A DNA stretch of 63,900 nucleotides, filler included, from an uncultured bacterium (lineage in GTDB: Bacteria > DYJV01): NCBI GenBank assembly GCA_964543655.1. It is 8 parts of 8 records of this genome, joined end to end, with 100 filler letters (N's around TTAATTAATTAA, not from the genome) between each part and the next. Parts side by side here need not be neighbours in the genome. Positions count along the whole stretch, not along the records: positions 32,107 to 38,961 come from CAZIZE010000073.1; positions 39,062 to 46,894 come from CAZIZE010000074.1; 6 more parts are not named here. One strand, 5' to 3'. The notes beneath the pieces were generated by a model, which saw only the letters and a program-made list of their open reading frames with translations, searched no databases and had not been told where the DNA came from. Positions within the stretch are counted from its first letter, which is position 1, and the number at the start of each line of letters is the position of its first letter. Position numbers and translations under genes: made by a program. Shown here piece after piece: positions 32,007 through 41,976 of the stretch.

Positions 32007-32106
32007 NNNNNNNNNNNNNNNNNNNNNNNNNNNNNNNNNNNNNNNNNNNNTTAATTAATTAANNNNNNNNNNNNNNNNNNNNNNNNNNNNNNNNNNNNNN
32101 NNNNNN
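32007..32106. other. Artificial contig linker
   Basis: N44-TTAATTAATTAA-N44. Confidence 0.98.
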
Positions 32107-32259
32107 ATAATTTTTGTAATTATCAGATTGATATATAATCAATCAACTATCTGTGTTGTTTTGTGTAGTAGGGGAAAATTTTCCCCTCTGATTTGGTAAT
32201 AAATAAACAGAAAGAGTTTCTGTTTATTTATTGCTAAAAAATTGTAAGGAGTTGAGAAA

Positions 32260-33297
32260 ATGGGCAAAATATTTAAAGCATTGTGGAAATTTAAGTTTGT
32301 AATTTATGTGCTTCTTCTGCTTTTAATAGGATTTAGTGTTGGCGCAATAGAGAGCACAATGGCACCTCAATTTTGTGGTTCATGTCATGAAATGGACCAT
32401 GTGTATAATGCCTGGGAAAAATCTTCCCATGCAACATACTGGAATGAACATAAAAGGGCTGGATGTATGGATTGCCATGCAAAGCCAGGTATAGTTGGAT
32501 TACTTGAAGCAAAGTTTGGTAATGGCTCAAAATCTGCATATTATCATGTTATTTATATGTTCAATAAAGATAAAGAAAAAATTTATCAGAAAATAATCAG
32601 AGCCCATGCTGATGCTCCATATCAGGCATGTTTGAAATGCCATAAAGATTTTCAGGATAGTGATAGAGCTAAAGCTATTTCTTTTCCTCACCATTCTTCT
32701 GACTGTGATTTTAGGAATGAAATGTGTGACAAATGTCATCAATTTGTAGTTCATAGTTATAAAAATGTTCCTTATGAGCCACCTCATAAAACAATATGTT
32801 ATAATTGTCATAAAAAAGAGGATGTTGAGATAGATGATTGTACTACCTGTCATGCAGGTCAATCAGAAATGAGAAATGGTAAGGGAGCAGAAGGAGTTGT
32901 TGGTAAAAAAGATGTTATGTATGATGATGTTGCATGTACAGATTGCCACTCTAATTCAGATAAAATGGATTTCAAACCAGTTGTTCAATCTTGTATAGAT
33001 TGCCATGATGGTGATGAAGATTATGGTATGCCAAAGATAAAAGAGATGCAGAAAGAAGTAAAAGAGAAATTACCAGAAATTAAAAAAGAGATAAATGAAC
33101 TTAGAGAGGCAATTAAGCTTGCAAGAAGAGAAGGGAAAGATGTTAAAAAAGCAGAAAAGCTCTTTAATCAGATAGTTTTCAACTATAATTTTATAAAAGA
33201 TGATGGTAGTAAAGGTGTTCATAATCACAGATATGTTATGCTAATTCTGCAAAATATTAATAGTGATATAGCTAAAATTAAATCAATAACAAAATAA
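32260..33297 (+). CDS. Membrane-anchored octaheme c-type cytochrome with NapC/NirT-like N-terminus
   Basis: N-terminal TM helix, eight CxxCH motifs, C-terminal helices with DGSKGVHN. Confidence 0.88.
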   Translation: MGKIFKALWKFKFVIYVLLLLLIGFSVGAIESTMAPQFCGSCHEMDHVYNAWEKSSHATYWNEHKRAGCMDCHAKPGIVGLLEAKFGNGSKSAYYHVIYMFNKDKEKIYQKIIRAHADAPYQACLKCHKDFQDSDRAKAISFPHHSSDCDFRNEMCDKCHQFVVHSYKNVPYEPPHKTICYNCHKKEDVEIDDCTTCHAGQSEMRNGKGAEGVVGKKDVMYDDVACTDCHSNSDKMDFKPVVQSCIDCHDGDEDYGMPKIKEMQKEVKEKLPEIKKEINELREAIKLARREGKDVKKAEKLFNQIVFNYNFIKDDGSKGVHNHRYVMLILQNINSDIAKIKSITK

Positions 33298-33320
33298 AAG
33301 GGGATAATTCCCCTTTTTTT
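33296..33320 (+). terminator. Rho-independent terminator
   Basis: AAAAGGGGA-TAAT-TCCCCTTTT stem ending in a T7 tract. Confidence 0.8.
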
Positions 33321-33349
33321 GCAAAGCAGTAGAATAAGGAGATTGAACC

Positions 33350-34027
33350 ATGCAAAAGAAGAAAGAATATTATTTTTCTAAAATTCCAGAAGCTACCATT
33401 AAAAGGTTATCTATCTATATTAGATGCCTTAGAAAGCTTGAAGAACAGGGAACTCAGGTTGTTTCTTCCAATGACCTTGGTGATGTTTGTTGCATTAATT
33501 CAGCTCAAATTAGAAAAGACCTATCATATTTTGGAGAGTTTGGAGTTCGTGGAGTTGGTTATGATATTAAAAAATTACAGGATGATATTAAAGAGGTACT
33601 TGGTTTAAATAGAACCTGGAAGTCAATTCTTGTTGGTGTTGGTAATCTTGGTAGAGCACTTTTACATTACCCCTCTTTTGAAGAGGATGGTTATAAATGG
33701 GTAGGTGCTTTTGACGTAGATAAAAGTATTATTGGAGAAAAAGTAAGTGAAAATATTGAGGTATCAGATTTTAATGAGATAAACAAAGATGTTATAGAGA
33801 GGTTATCCCCTGATTTTGCAGTGATTACAACTCCTGCTGATGTTGCACAAGAAGTTGTTGATAAACTTATTGAGTTAGGTATTTCTGCATTTTTAAATTT
33901 TGCACCAGTAAAAATAAAAGTAGATGAAAATAAGATTATTCTGAAAAATGTTTTTATAATTTCAGAATTTGACAATATGGCTTTTTATCTTTCCAAAAGA
34001 AATATGGAGCAGAAATTAGGATTTTAA
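33350..34027 (+). CDS. rex: Redox-sensing transcriptional repressor Rex
   Basis: IPEATIKRLSIY, QIRKDLSYFGEFG.RGVGY, GVGNLG, LNFAP. Confidence 0.95.
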   Translation: MQKKKEYYFSKIPEATIKRLSIYIRCLRKLEEQGTQVVSSNDLGDVCCINSAQIRKDLSYFGEFGVRGVGYDIKKLQDDIKEVLGLNRTWKSILVGVGNLGRALLHYPSFEEDGYKWVGAFDVDKSIIGEKVSENIEVSDFNEINKDVIERLSPDFAVITTPADVAQEVVDKLIELGISAFLNFAPVKIKVDENKIILKNVFIISEFDNMAFYLSKRNMEQKLGF

Positions 34028-34530
34028 AAAGATAATTTCTTAAGTTTTAAAATAACCTTATTTGAAATAAAGCCAACAAATGTGCCTGTAAAAAGGGATA
34101 TTAACAGTAGTAAAGGTGTAATTGAAAAGATTGTTTTATCTTTTATTAAAAAAAGGTAGACAAAAATTAATTGTGTAAAAATATGCACTTCTGCTCCAAC
34201 TATAGAAATTCCAACAGGGGATAGAAATTTCCTGCAAATTTTAAAAACCACATACATTGCTAAAACAGCCATCATTCCGCCAGACAATGATAGAAAAAAT
34301 GTTGGAGTAAAAAGAGTTGCAGTTATAAGTGCTCCTGTAAAAACTCTTAGCATGATTAGTTTTAGCAAAAATTTTAAATCAAAAAAGTATAGTGCTATTA
34401 TGGTAATGATATTTGCAAGTCCAAGCTTCATCCAGGGAAAGGGCTTGGGAATAGCCCCTTCTATAAGATAAAGTAAAGCTGATAATGTTACAAAAAGCGC
34501 AAGGTAGTTTTCTGAACTATCATTTTCCAT
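34024..34530 (-). CDS. Gx transporter family membrane protein
   Basis: E..IP.P.P..KLGLANI, FFLSLSGG, GISIVGA..H...Q. Confidence 0.8.
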   Translation of the reverse strand: MENDSSENYLALFVTLSALLYLIEGAIPKPFPWMKLGLANIITIIALYFFDLKFLLKLIMLRVFTGALITATLFTPTFFLSLSGGMMAVLAMYVVFKICRKFLSPVGISIVGAEVHIFTQLIFVYLFLIKDKTIFSITPLLLLISLFTGTFVGFISNKVILKLKKLSF

Positions 34531-35809
34531 TTTTTCCAACAACACTTATTACCATTCTGTTAAAGTCAAATAATTTTTTAACAAGGTGATCTATCTCTCT
34601 TTTATTTACTTTTTCTATATGCTTTATATCATCATCCCATGGTGGTAAATTTTTGTTTAAAAAAATAGCCTGAGAGTAATAGTTAGCAATACTTAACAGA
34701 GATTGTAATGATATTGGAATTTTGCCAGAAAAAAAATTTTTGGCAAATTTAATTTTATTTTCTGATATACCATGTTTTTTCAATGATTTTAAAATATTTA
34801 AAGTGGTTTTTATTGCCATTTCTCTGGTGCTATTTTCAGTTTGCATTCCAATAACAAAAAAGCCACCATTTACATATGGATAGTTAAAGCTATAAACAGA
34901 GTATGCAAGACCAAGCTCTTTTCTTATTTTTTCTGCAAGTATTGAGGTAAGATTGCCACCAAGAATAAAACCAAGAATTTTTAAAGAATAAAAATCTTTT
35001 CCTTTTAAACCAGAAGATGGAAATAAAAAGTAGATATAAGACTGTTTTAAATTCTTCTCTTTAAATAGATTAGCTTTTTTATTGAAATATACAGGAAATA
35101 TTTCTTTGATTTTTTTATGTGATGATTTTTTAAAATTTTTATTAATAAATGAATTAATCAAATTTTTATCAAGATTACCAGCAAAAGTAATAATCATATT
35201 AGATGGGATAAAATATTTTTTATAAAAATTTTTCTCATCATTAATTGTCAAATTTTTAACTGTATTAATTTCTCCAAAAGATGAATGTGCATAAGCTCTA
35301 TTTTTAAATAGGTGAATTGCTCCCTGATGCAATGCAAGATAGTCATTATTATTCTGGTATGATGTTATTAGACCTATAACTTCTCTTTTTATATTGTCAA
35401 ACTCTTTTTTATTAAAAGATGGATAAAATAATACCTGCTCCAAAATTTCAAAAGCACGTTTTTCCTCTGATTTTATAAATTTAAGATTTATATTAATAAA
35501 ATCTTTTCCACAGGATGAATATAGTTCTATACCAGTAGCATCAAGGATATTTAACAGCTTATCGGTACTATACTTTTCTGTACCACCTTTTTTTAATAGA
35601 TTAGCAAGAATAAAAGCTGTGCCATCTTTCCCTTGTTCATCAAATATGCTTCCTGCTCTAACAAGAACATTAATTGCACCAATCCTGCTACCTTTATCCT
35701 GATAAAAGTAGTATCTTAAACCATTGTGAGTTTGAACTTTTGAAAAAGCTAATGCTGAAAGTGAAAGAAAAATTATTAAAATTAGAAGAAAAAACTTAAT
35801 TTTTTTCAT
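34520..35809 (-). CDS. M16 (pitrilysin) family protein, non-catalytic subunit
   Basis: VRAGS..D..GKDGTA, IRKELGLAYSV. HxxEH is absent (FILAN). Signal peptide present. Confidence 0.85.
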   Translation of the reverse strand: MKKIKFFLLILIIFLSLSALAFSKVQTHNGLRYYFYQDKGSRIGAINVLVRAGSIFDEQGKDGTAFILANLLKKGGTEKYSTDKLLNILDATGIELYSSCGKDFININLKFIKSEEKRAFEILEQVLFYPSFNKKEFDNIKREVIGLITSYQNNNDYLALHQGAIHLFKNRAYAHSSFGEINTVKNLTINDEKNFYKKYFIPSNMIITFAGNLDKNLINSFINKNFKKSSHKKIKEIFPVYFNKKANLFKEKNLKQSYIYFLFPSSGLKGKDFYSLKILGFILGGNLTSILAEKIRKELGLAYSVYSFNYPYVNGGFFVIGMQTENSTREMAIKTTLNILKSLKKHGISENKIKFAKNFFSGKIPISLQSLLSIANYYSQAIFLNKNLPPWDDDIKHIEKVNKREIDHLVKKLFDFNRMVISVVGKNGK

Positions 35810-36344
35810 TTAACATCCCTTCCTTTTTTATTTCATTTTTATAATTTTCTCTAATATTTTTTAAAAATTTTCTAATTTCATCAGATGCATAATCTGGATA
35901 TGTCCAGGGTAATTTGTTAAATTTTCTGTTTTCATAAATAAGTGTAAGATCAGCAAAAATACCTTTTTCAAGGTAAATTCTATGAGTGTAATTTTTAGTG
36001 GTAAATAGAATAAAATTTTCAAGTGTTATATAGCCAGGGTCTAAATTCACCTGCCTTTTTCCTGAAATAGTAAAAGATTCCTCAATTTTATTTGTATCAA
36101 TTTTAACCTGTGCAAGATTATCTCTCTGAAAAACTCCTTTAAAAATTATAAATTTTCTAAAAAGATTTTTCCCCATTTCATTTTCATAATAATTTGTATG
36201 ATTAAAAATAAAGTGCTCACTAACAAACTCTATTGAGCCAATGTTATTTTCAAGTTTTTTAAAAACTAATGGTAAAATAGATTCTTTTTGGTAAATTATA
36301 CTACAAATAAGCTTAACAGGTTTAGTTCTGGTAATTTTTCCCAT
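35796..36344 (-). CDS. DUF4416 family protein
   Basis: HTNYYENEMG, R.VNLDPGY, TKNYTHRIYL..GIFA, PWTYPDY. Confidence 0.85.
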   Translation of the reverse strand: MGKITRTKPVKLICSIIYQKESILPLVFKKLENNIGSIEFVSEHFIFNHTNYYENEMGKNLFRKFIIFKGVFQRDNLAQVKIDTNKIEESFTISGKRQVNLDPGYITLENFILFTTKNYTHRIYLEKGIFADLTLIYENRKFNKLPWTYPDYASDEIRKFLKNIRENYKNEIKKEGMLNEKN

Positions 36345-36425
36345 AGGTATAAGAATAAAACATTAATTACTCTAAATCAAGATTTTTTTCTTTTAAATTC
36401 AAAAATTTTATGATAAAATTTTAAA

Positions 36426-38960
36426 ATGAAAAATAAGATTGAACAGATAAAAAATAATTTTTTGCAAAAAAAAATTACAAATATAGAAGCTCAAAAAGAG
36501 CTTTACAAAATTTTTAAAAATTTTCTAATTGAATCATGCAAAAATATCACTTCTCATAAAAAGTTTTTTATCCTTGCCACTGGTAGTTTTTCAAGGAAAG
36601 AGTTATGTTTTTATTCTGATTTTGATATTTTGATTCTAACAGAAGAAAAAGATGAAGATCTATACAATAAAATAGTTAACTCTGTTATTTATCCTTTATG
36701 GAATGAGAAGATAGAAATAGGTTACAGTATAAGAACAAATAATGAATTTATTGATTATTGCACCAATGATATTATTGAATGGACAAAGATTTTTGACTCA
36801 AGGCTAATAGTTGGAGATGAAGAGTTTTATAAAGATTTTCTTGGAATTTGTCGGAAATATTTAATGACCAATACAATTCTTCTAAAAAATATAAAAGAGC
36901 TTTTTGTTTTAAATGATAACCGTAGAGAAAAAATGGGTAGATTAACATATGGCCTTGAGCCTGATATTAAAAATAGTCCAGGATGCCTGAGAGATATTAG
37001 TTTAATTAACTGGATTTTAAAAGTAGGGAATAATTTAGAGAATCTTATAAGTAAAAGTGAAATTTCTGCTTTTAAAAGAAGTAAAGCATTTTTTTTGCAT
37101 ATTAGAAACTTGTTGCATGCTGTTAATAATAAGAAAGTTGATACCTTAAATTTTGAGAATCAGGAGAAAATTTCAAAATTTTTCTATCCAAATAGAACAA
37201 ACAGCCAGCAATATTTAATGAAAAAGTTTTATATCTACACAGAAATTGTTGATTACCTTTATGAATATTTTAGGGAGAAGTTTTATTCAAATTATCTCTT
37301 TAATATTGCATTTAATAAAAAGATAGATAAAAATTTTTATATAAAAAATTATAAGTTAAATGTAAAAGATAGCAATGTTTTCAGGGATAACCCTAAATAT
37401 ATTTTAAAAGCATTTTATTATTCTCAAAAATATAAAGTATTTTTATCGTATAAACTAATAAAATCATTGAAATCATATATTATTAAAGTAAAGCCTACTT
37501 TTTTAAAAGACAGAGGTATGAAAGCCCTATTTTTCAATATTTTGGAAAAGGGGCATGGTTTGGCAACCACTCTACGAGTTATGAATCAGTTAAATTTTTT
37601 AAGTTATGTTATTCCTGAATTTAAAAAAATAAAATATAAGATAACTTACGATTTTTATCATAAATTTACAATTGATATTCATAGTATTCTTGTGGTTCAG
37701 GAGTTGAGAAATCTTTTTGCAGGGAAATATATTGTTGAGTATCCGTTTATTTCAGCTTTATCCCTGAATATTCCCAATAAAAAAACTTTGCTCTTTGCAG
37801 CATTAATTCATGATATTGGCAAAGGTGTGGAAGGTGAGGAATCTCATTTAATCAAAGGTGAAATTGTAGCTAAAAAAATTTGCAAACGAATTAATTTATC
37901 TCAGAAAGATACAGATATTATAACATTTCTTGTTAGAAATCATACATTAATGACAAATACAGCATTAAGAAGAGATTTGAAAAATGAAGAGGAAATTTTG
38001 AATTTTGCCAAGCTTGTAAAAAATGTAGATAAATTAAATTACCTTTTCTTAATCTCTTTTGCTGATTTAAAAGGTGTTTCTCCTGAATCTCTTGATAAAT
38101 GGAAATATTCTCTGTTGCAAGAGTTGTATATAAAAGCCTTTTCAATAATTTCTCATAAAAAGTTTGAGATAGAAACATTGCAGGAGAAAATTGCCCAGAT
38201 AAAAGGTTATGCTATAGAAATATTGCCTAAAAATGAAGAGATTAAGTTTAACAAATTCCTATCTCAGCTTTCAAGAAGGTTAATTCAAAATTTTAGTGAA
38301 GAGGAGATTTTAAAAATTTATAATTTAATTAAAGAGAATAAATCATTACCATTTATTGATGTTGAATATAAGCAGGAGAGCAATACATACAAATTTTTGG
38401 AAATTTATTATAATTATCCAGCGATTTTTAATAAAATAGTAGCAGTATTTACTTTGAACAACTTAAACATTATCAGTGCTGAGATATATACAAATCTTGA
38501 TGGCACAATCATAGATTTTTTTGAAGCCACTCCTGTTTATTATGATGATTATTTTTATGAAAAGTTACCTAAAATAAAAGATGATTTGCATAAATATTTA
38601 TCTACTAAAGGTGATGATAAAAATTTTTTTAAAATGGTTGAAGATAAGATTTTTAGCAATATTAAAAAGGTTAAATCATACAATATAATTCCAATTATAA
38701 AATTTAACAATGATGATAATGAATTTTTTACAATTTTAGAGATTATTGCTCAAGACTTCACAGGATTTCTCTATTTAATTACAAAGATTTTATCAAAAAG
38801 AGGGGTAGAAATACAATCTTCCAAAATTTCAACACAAGGGATTAAAGCAATTGATACATTTTATATTACTGATATGAATGGGAATAAAATTATAGATAGA
38901 CAATTTCAGGAAAAGATAAAAAATGAAATAATTGATATTTTAAATCAGTTTAACCAGTAA
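36426..38960 (+). CDS. glnD: PII uridylyltransferase/uridylyl-removing enzyme
   Basis: NTase (GSFSRKEL..YSDFD), EPDIK.SPG.LRD, HD domain (LIHDIGKG), two ACT domains (ISTQG..AIDTFY). Confidence 0.9.
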   Translation: MKNKIEQIKNNFLQKKITNIEAQKELYKIFKNFLIESCKNITSHKKFFILATGSFSRKELCFYSDFDILILTEEKDEDLYNKIVNSVIYPLWNEKIEIGYSIRTNNEFIDYCTNDIIEWTKIFDSRLIVGDEEFYKDFLGICRKYLMTNTILLKNIKELFVLNDNRREKMGRLTYGLEPDIKNSPGCLRDISLINWILKVGNNLENLISKSEISAFKRSKAFFLHIRNLLHAVNNKKVDTLNFENQEKISKFFYPNRTNSQQYLMKKFYIYTEIVDYLYEYFREKFYSNYLFNIAFNKKIDKNFYIKNYKLNVKDSNVFRDNPKYILKAFYYSQKYKVFLSYKLIKSLKSYIIKVKPTFLKDRGMKALFFNILEKGHGLATTLRVMNQLNFLSYVIPEFKKIKYKITYDFYHKFTIDIHSILVVQELRNLFAGKYIVEYPFISALSLNIPNKKTLLFAALIHDIGKGVEGEESHLIKGEIVAKKICKRINLSQKDTDIITFLVRNHTLMTNTALRRDLKNEEEILNFAKLVKNVDKLNYLFLISFADLKGVSPESLDKWKYSLLQELYIKAFSIISHKKFEIETLQEKIAQIKGYAIEILPKNEEIKFNKFLSQLSRRLIQNFSEEEILKIYNLIKENKSLPFIDVEYKQESNTYKFLEIYYNYPAIFNKIVAVFTLNNLNIISAEIYTNLDGTIIDFFEATPVYYDDYFYEKLPKIKDDLHKYLSTKGDDKNFFKMVEDKIFSNIKKVKSYNIIPIIKFNNDDNEFFTILEIIAQDFTGFLYLITKILSKRGVEIQSSKISTQGIKAIDTFYITDMNGNKIIDRQFQEKIKNEIIDILNQFNQ

Positions 38961-38961
38961 T

Positions 38962-39061
38962 NNNNNNNNNNNNNNNNNNNNNNNNNNNNNNNNNNNNNNN
39001 NNNNNTTAATTAATTAANNNNNNNNNNNNNNNNNNNNNNNNNNNNNNNNNNNNNNNNNNNN
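38962..39061. other. Artificial contig linker
   Basis: N44-TTAATTAATTAA-N44. Confidence 0.98.
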
Positions 39062-39094
39062 TACCAGCTACCAACTAAACTCAGGGGGATAAAT

Positions 39095-39841
39095 ATTAGA
39101 GGGAAACTCTATCTTATTGGCTGTGGTCCTGGTAAGAGAAATCTTATAACTATAGCAGGTGAGGAGTGCCTAAAAAAATCAGAAGTTATATTTTATTTTC
39201 CACCTTATGAAAAGATTTTCAACGATATAGTTGCAAAAAAAGAAAAATATTTTTTCTTCAACCATTCTTTTAATAAAATCAGAGAAATAGTAGAACAAAA
39301 TTTAACTCAAAATAAAAATGTAGCCTTTATGGTACCTGGAGATCTATCTATTTTTTCCCCTTTTTCTGGGTTTATGAAAATATTTGAAAAAGATATTGAA
39401 GTGGTGCCAGGTGTTGGCACTTACAGCTATCTCTCTGCTAAACTTAAAAGAATCTTAAATGCCTGTGGTAAAATCTATTCCATCTCCATTTTAAGTACAA
39501 GAATGTTACTTGAGAGAAAGGGAAATGCTGATTTTACCAGATATACAAATAGAGAATCTACCCTTATTATTTATATGAACATTTTATCAGCTAAAATGCT
39601 TCAAAAACAACTAAAATCTGTTTACAATGAAAACACACCTGTTATTGTGGGATATAATCTTACTTCAGATAAAGAAGCTATAATTAAAACCACTGTGAAA
39701 AACATGCATACTGATTTAGAAAGAATTAAAATTGAAAATGAAAAACTTGTTACTATTATTGTGGGAAACATTCTTGAAATTTTAGATAATAGTAAATGGT
39801 GGGATTCAAAGGTAGAAAGTTATTCAAAAGAAGGATTATGA
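39095..39841 (+). CDS. Tetrapyrrole (precorrin) methyltransferase, CobM/CbiF-like
   Basis: Frame extends upstream of the ORF call to RGKLYLIGCGPG..NLIT. Also GDLSIFS and EVVPGV. Confidence 0.75.
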   Translation: MRGKLYLIGCGPGKRNLITIAGEECLKKSEVIFYFPPYEKIFNDIVAKKEKYFFFNHSFNKIREIVEQNLTQNKNVAFMVPGDLSIFSPFSGFMKIFEKDIEVVPGVGTYSYLSAKLKRILNACGKIYSISILSTRMLLERKGNADFTRYTNRESTLIIYMNILSAKMLQKQLKSVYNENTPVIVGYNLTSDKEAIIKTTVKNMHTDLERIKIENEKLVTIIVGNILEILDNSKWWDSKVESYSKEGL

Positions 39842-40644
39842 AAAAATTCTTTTTTTTTATATTCTTTTTTAAAATTTTAATTTTTCAAGCTTATTCACAA
39901 AACGCCTGCTTTTTATTAAGTAAAAAATTAAAGCCTTACATAGAGATGGTTAATGGTTTTTCTGAGAATTATCAGGGTAAAGTTAGAATTTACGATCTTT
40001 CTGAATCAGAATTTTTTACAAGTTCTTTAAAATCCTGTGATATTGCTATTTCTGCTGGTAACAAGGCTAATAATTTTTTAAAAAAAGCTGAAAAAATTAA
40101 TAAAAAAATTTTTACATTTCTCATTTATAAAAATGAAGCTGAAAATTTTATAAAAGATAATCAAAGTTTCGCAATATATCTCTATCCTCCTCCAGAAAAA
40201 TGGCTCCCTTTTTTTAAAAAAGAAAAAATAAATTATCTTATAGCACCATATTCAAACAAAAAAGTTAAAACCTATTTAAAAAAAGCTTCAGCTATTTTCA
40301 AAAATAAAAATATTAATCTTAAAATTATAAAAACAGACGTTTTTGACAAATTTGAAGCAATATTAAAAACAAATAAAAAAGCTGTGTTGTGGATGTTACC
40401 TGACAATCTCTACTCCTCTGTTGATATTATAAATTATCTCATAGAAAAAGCCACTTTTTTTAAAATGAGAACAATTGGCTTTAACACCTATTTTTACAAA
40501 GCTGGTGCTACATATTCAATTGTTATCAATTATAAAAAGATAGGTAATGTAATAAAAAATAGATTTTTAAAAAATATAGATTGCAAAGTGGTTAATGCAC
40601 CTTTTAATTTTTTAGGGATTAACAATGAGACTAAATCTAAATAA
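39838..40644 (+). CDS. Periplasmic ABC-type substrate-binding-like protein (orphan)
   Basis: Signal peptide, S....PY.E...GF, LWMLPD, GA...I..NY..IG. Confidence 0.65.
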   Translation: MKKFFFFIFFFKILIFQAYSQNACFLLSKKLKPYIEMVNGFSENYQGKVRIYDLSESEFFTSSLKSCDIAISAGNKANNFLKKAEKINKKIFTFLIYKNEAENFIKDNQSFAIYLYPPPEKWLPFFKKEKINYLIAPYSNKKVKTYLKKASAIFKNKNINLKIIKTDVFDKFEAILKTNKKAVLWMLPDNLYSSVDIINYLIEKATFFKMRTIGFNTYFYKAGATYSIVINYKKIGNVIKNRFLKNIDCKVVNAPFNFLGINNETKSK

Positions 40645-41965
40645 AAGAGTTTTTATTATAATATTTGTATCTGTAATGGTTACCTTTATTTCAGTTTTGT
40701 TTATTAATAATAAACTATTTTTAGGACTTTTTAAAGAAAAATTCCATGAGAAAATTAACATTTTGGGCACTGAATTTTCAAAAGTAGCAGCTCTTTCACT
40801 TCTGCTTCACAGAAGGGATATACTTATAAAAAGAGCAGATGATTTATTGAAAGATAGAGATATTATAGGTGTGAAAGTTATTTTAAAAAATAATAAAACT
40901 ACTTTTACAAAAGGAATCACAGAGGGCTACAGGATAATTTTCCCAATATTTACAAAACAATTTTCAGAAAATGATTTTTTCAACCTTGAAGAAAAGGTTG
41001 TCAAATTAGGGCGTGTAGAACTTTACTATTCACGTGAGAATATAAAAAGAGTTATGTACAAAGTTTTCTTTATTTCATTTTTTATATCTTTTGTAATTGC
41101 AATTACTGTTTTTATTTTTGCTTTTAAGATATTAAAGAAGAATTTTCTTGAACCTCTTGAATTCTGGCAGGGCAATTTAGAGAATCAAAAAAGTTTATCA
41201 AATTACTACACCAAAATCAAACAAAGTTGTCCTCCTGAAATAGATAAATTATTCAGAGCATATATAGATCTTATGAAAAAACTTGAAGATAACTATAAAA
41301 AACTTATACATCAAACAACTCTTGCAGAAGTGGGGAAATTTTCCTTAACTGTTGCCCATGAAATAAAAAATCCTCTTGGAATAATTAAAGGTGCATTTGA
41401 TATTATTAAAAAGGAAAGTATTGATACAACAACTAAACAGGAAATGATTCAATATATTGGAGAGGAAATTAACAGAATTGACAAATTAATAAAAGATTTC
41501 TTAATGATGGCAAAAAATTTTAAGTTAAATGAGAAAAATATAAATCTAACTGATTTTATTTACTCTGTTGCCAAAAAATGTCAAGTGAACTATCCTGAAA
41601 TCAATGTAAAAATTAAAATTTATAAAAATATTCAGGTGTTAATAGATGAAGAGGTTTTTACTCATATTATTATGAATCTTGTAAAAAATGCTGTTGAAGC
41701 AAATGCCACTGAAATAAAATTTATATTAAGTGTTAACAAAAAATCCTGGAACATAGTAATAAAAGATAATGGCAAAGGTATTTCTGATAAAGTAAAAGAG
41801 AAAATATTTGATCCATTTTTTACTACCAAGAAAGATGGTTCAGGAATAGGGCTTACCTTTGTTGTTAAAGCTGTGTACCAGCTTAATGGAAATATATCCT
41901 TTTACTCCAGAGAGGGTAAAGGAACTACATTTATAATTAGTTTTCACAAAAATAGAATAGTATAA
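40625..41965 (+). CDS. Membrane sensor histidine kinase
   Basis: Two TM helices, AHEIKNPL H-box, NLVKNA, DNGKG, PFFTTK.DGSGIGL. Confidence 0.93.
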   Translation: MRLNLNKRVFIIIFVSVMVTFISVLFINNKLFLGLFKEKFHEKINILGTEFSKVAALSLLLHRRDILIKRADDLLKDRDIIGVKVILKNNKTTFTKGITEGYRIIFPIFTKQFSENDFFNLEEKVVKLGRVELYYSRENIKRVMYKVFFISFFISFVIAITVFIFAFKILKKNFLEPLEFWQGNLENQKSLSNYYTKIKQSCPPEIDKLFRAYIDLMKKLEDNYKKLIHQTTLAEVGKFSLTVAHEIKNPLGIIKGAFDIIKKESIDTTTKQEMIQYIGEEINRIDKLIKDFLMMAKNFKLNEKNINLTDFIYSVAKKCQVNYPEINVKIKIYKNIQVLIDEEVFTHIIMNLVKNAVEANATEIKFILSVNKKSWNIVIKDNGKGISDKVKEKIFDPFFTTKKDGSGIGLTFVVKAVYQLNGNISFYSREGKGTTFIISFHKNRIV

Positions 41966-41976
41966 ATGGAGGAATT

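Noticed and set aside
32127-32143. FNR-like box TTGAT-ATATA-ATCAA upstream of the cytochrome
   Set aside because: The spacer is 5 nt rather than the canonical 4. No Rex box (TTGTGAA-N4-TTCACAA) was seen either.
34520-35809. M16 peptidase lacking HxxEH as a pseudogene
   Set aside because: The ORF is intact, and non-catalytic M16B subunits are well known.
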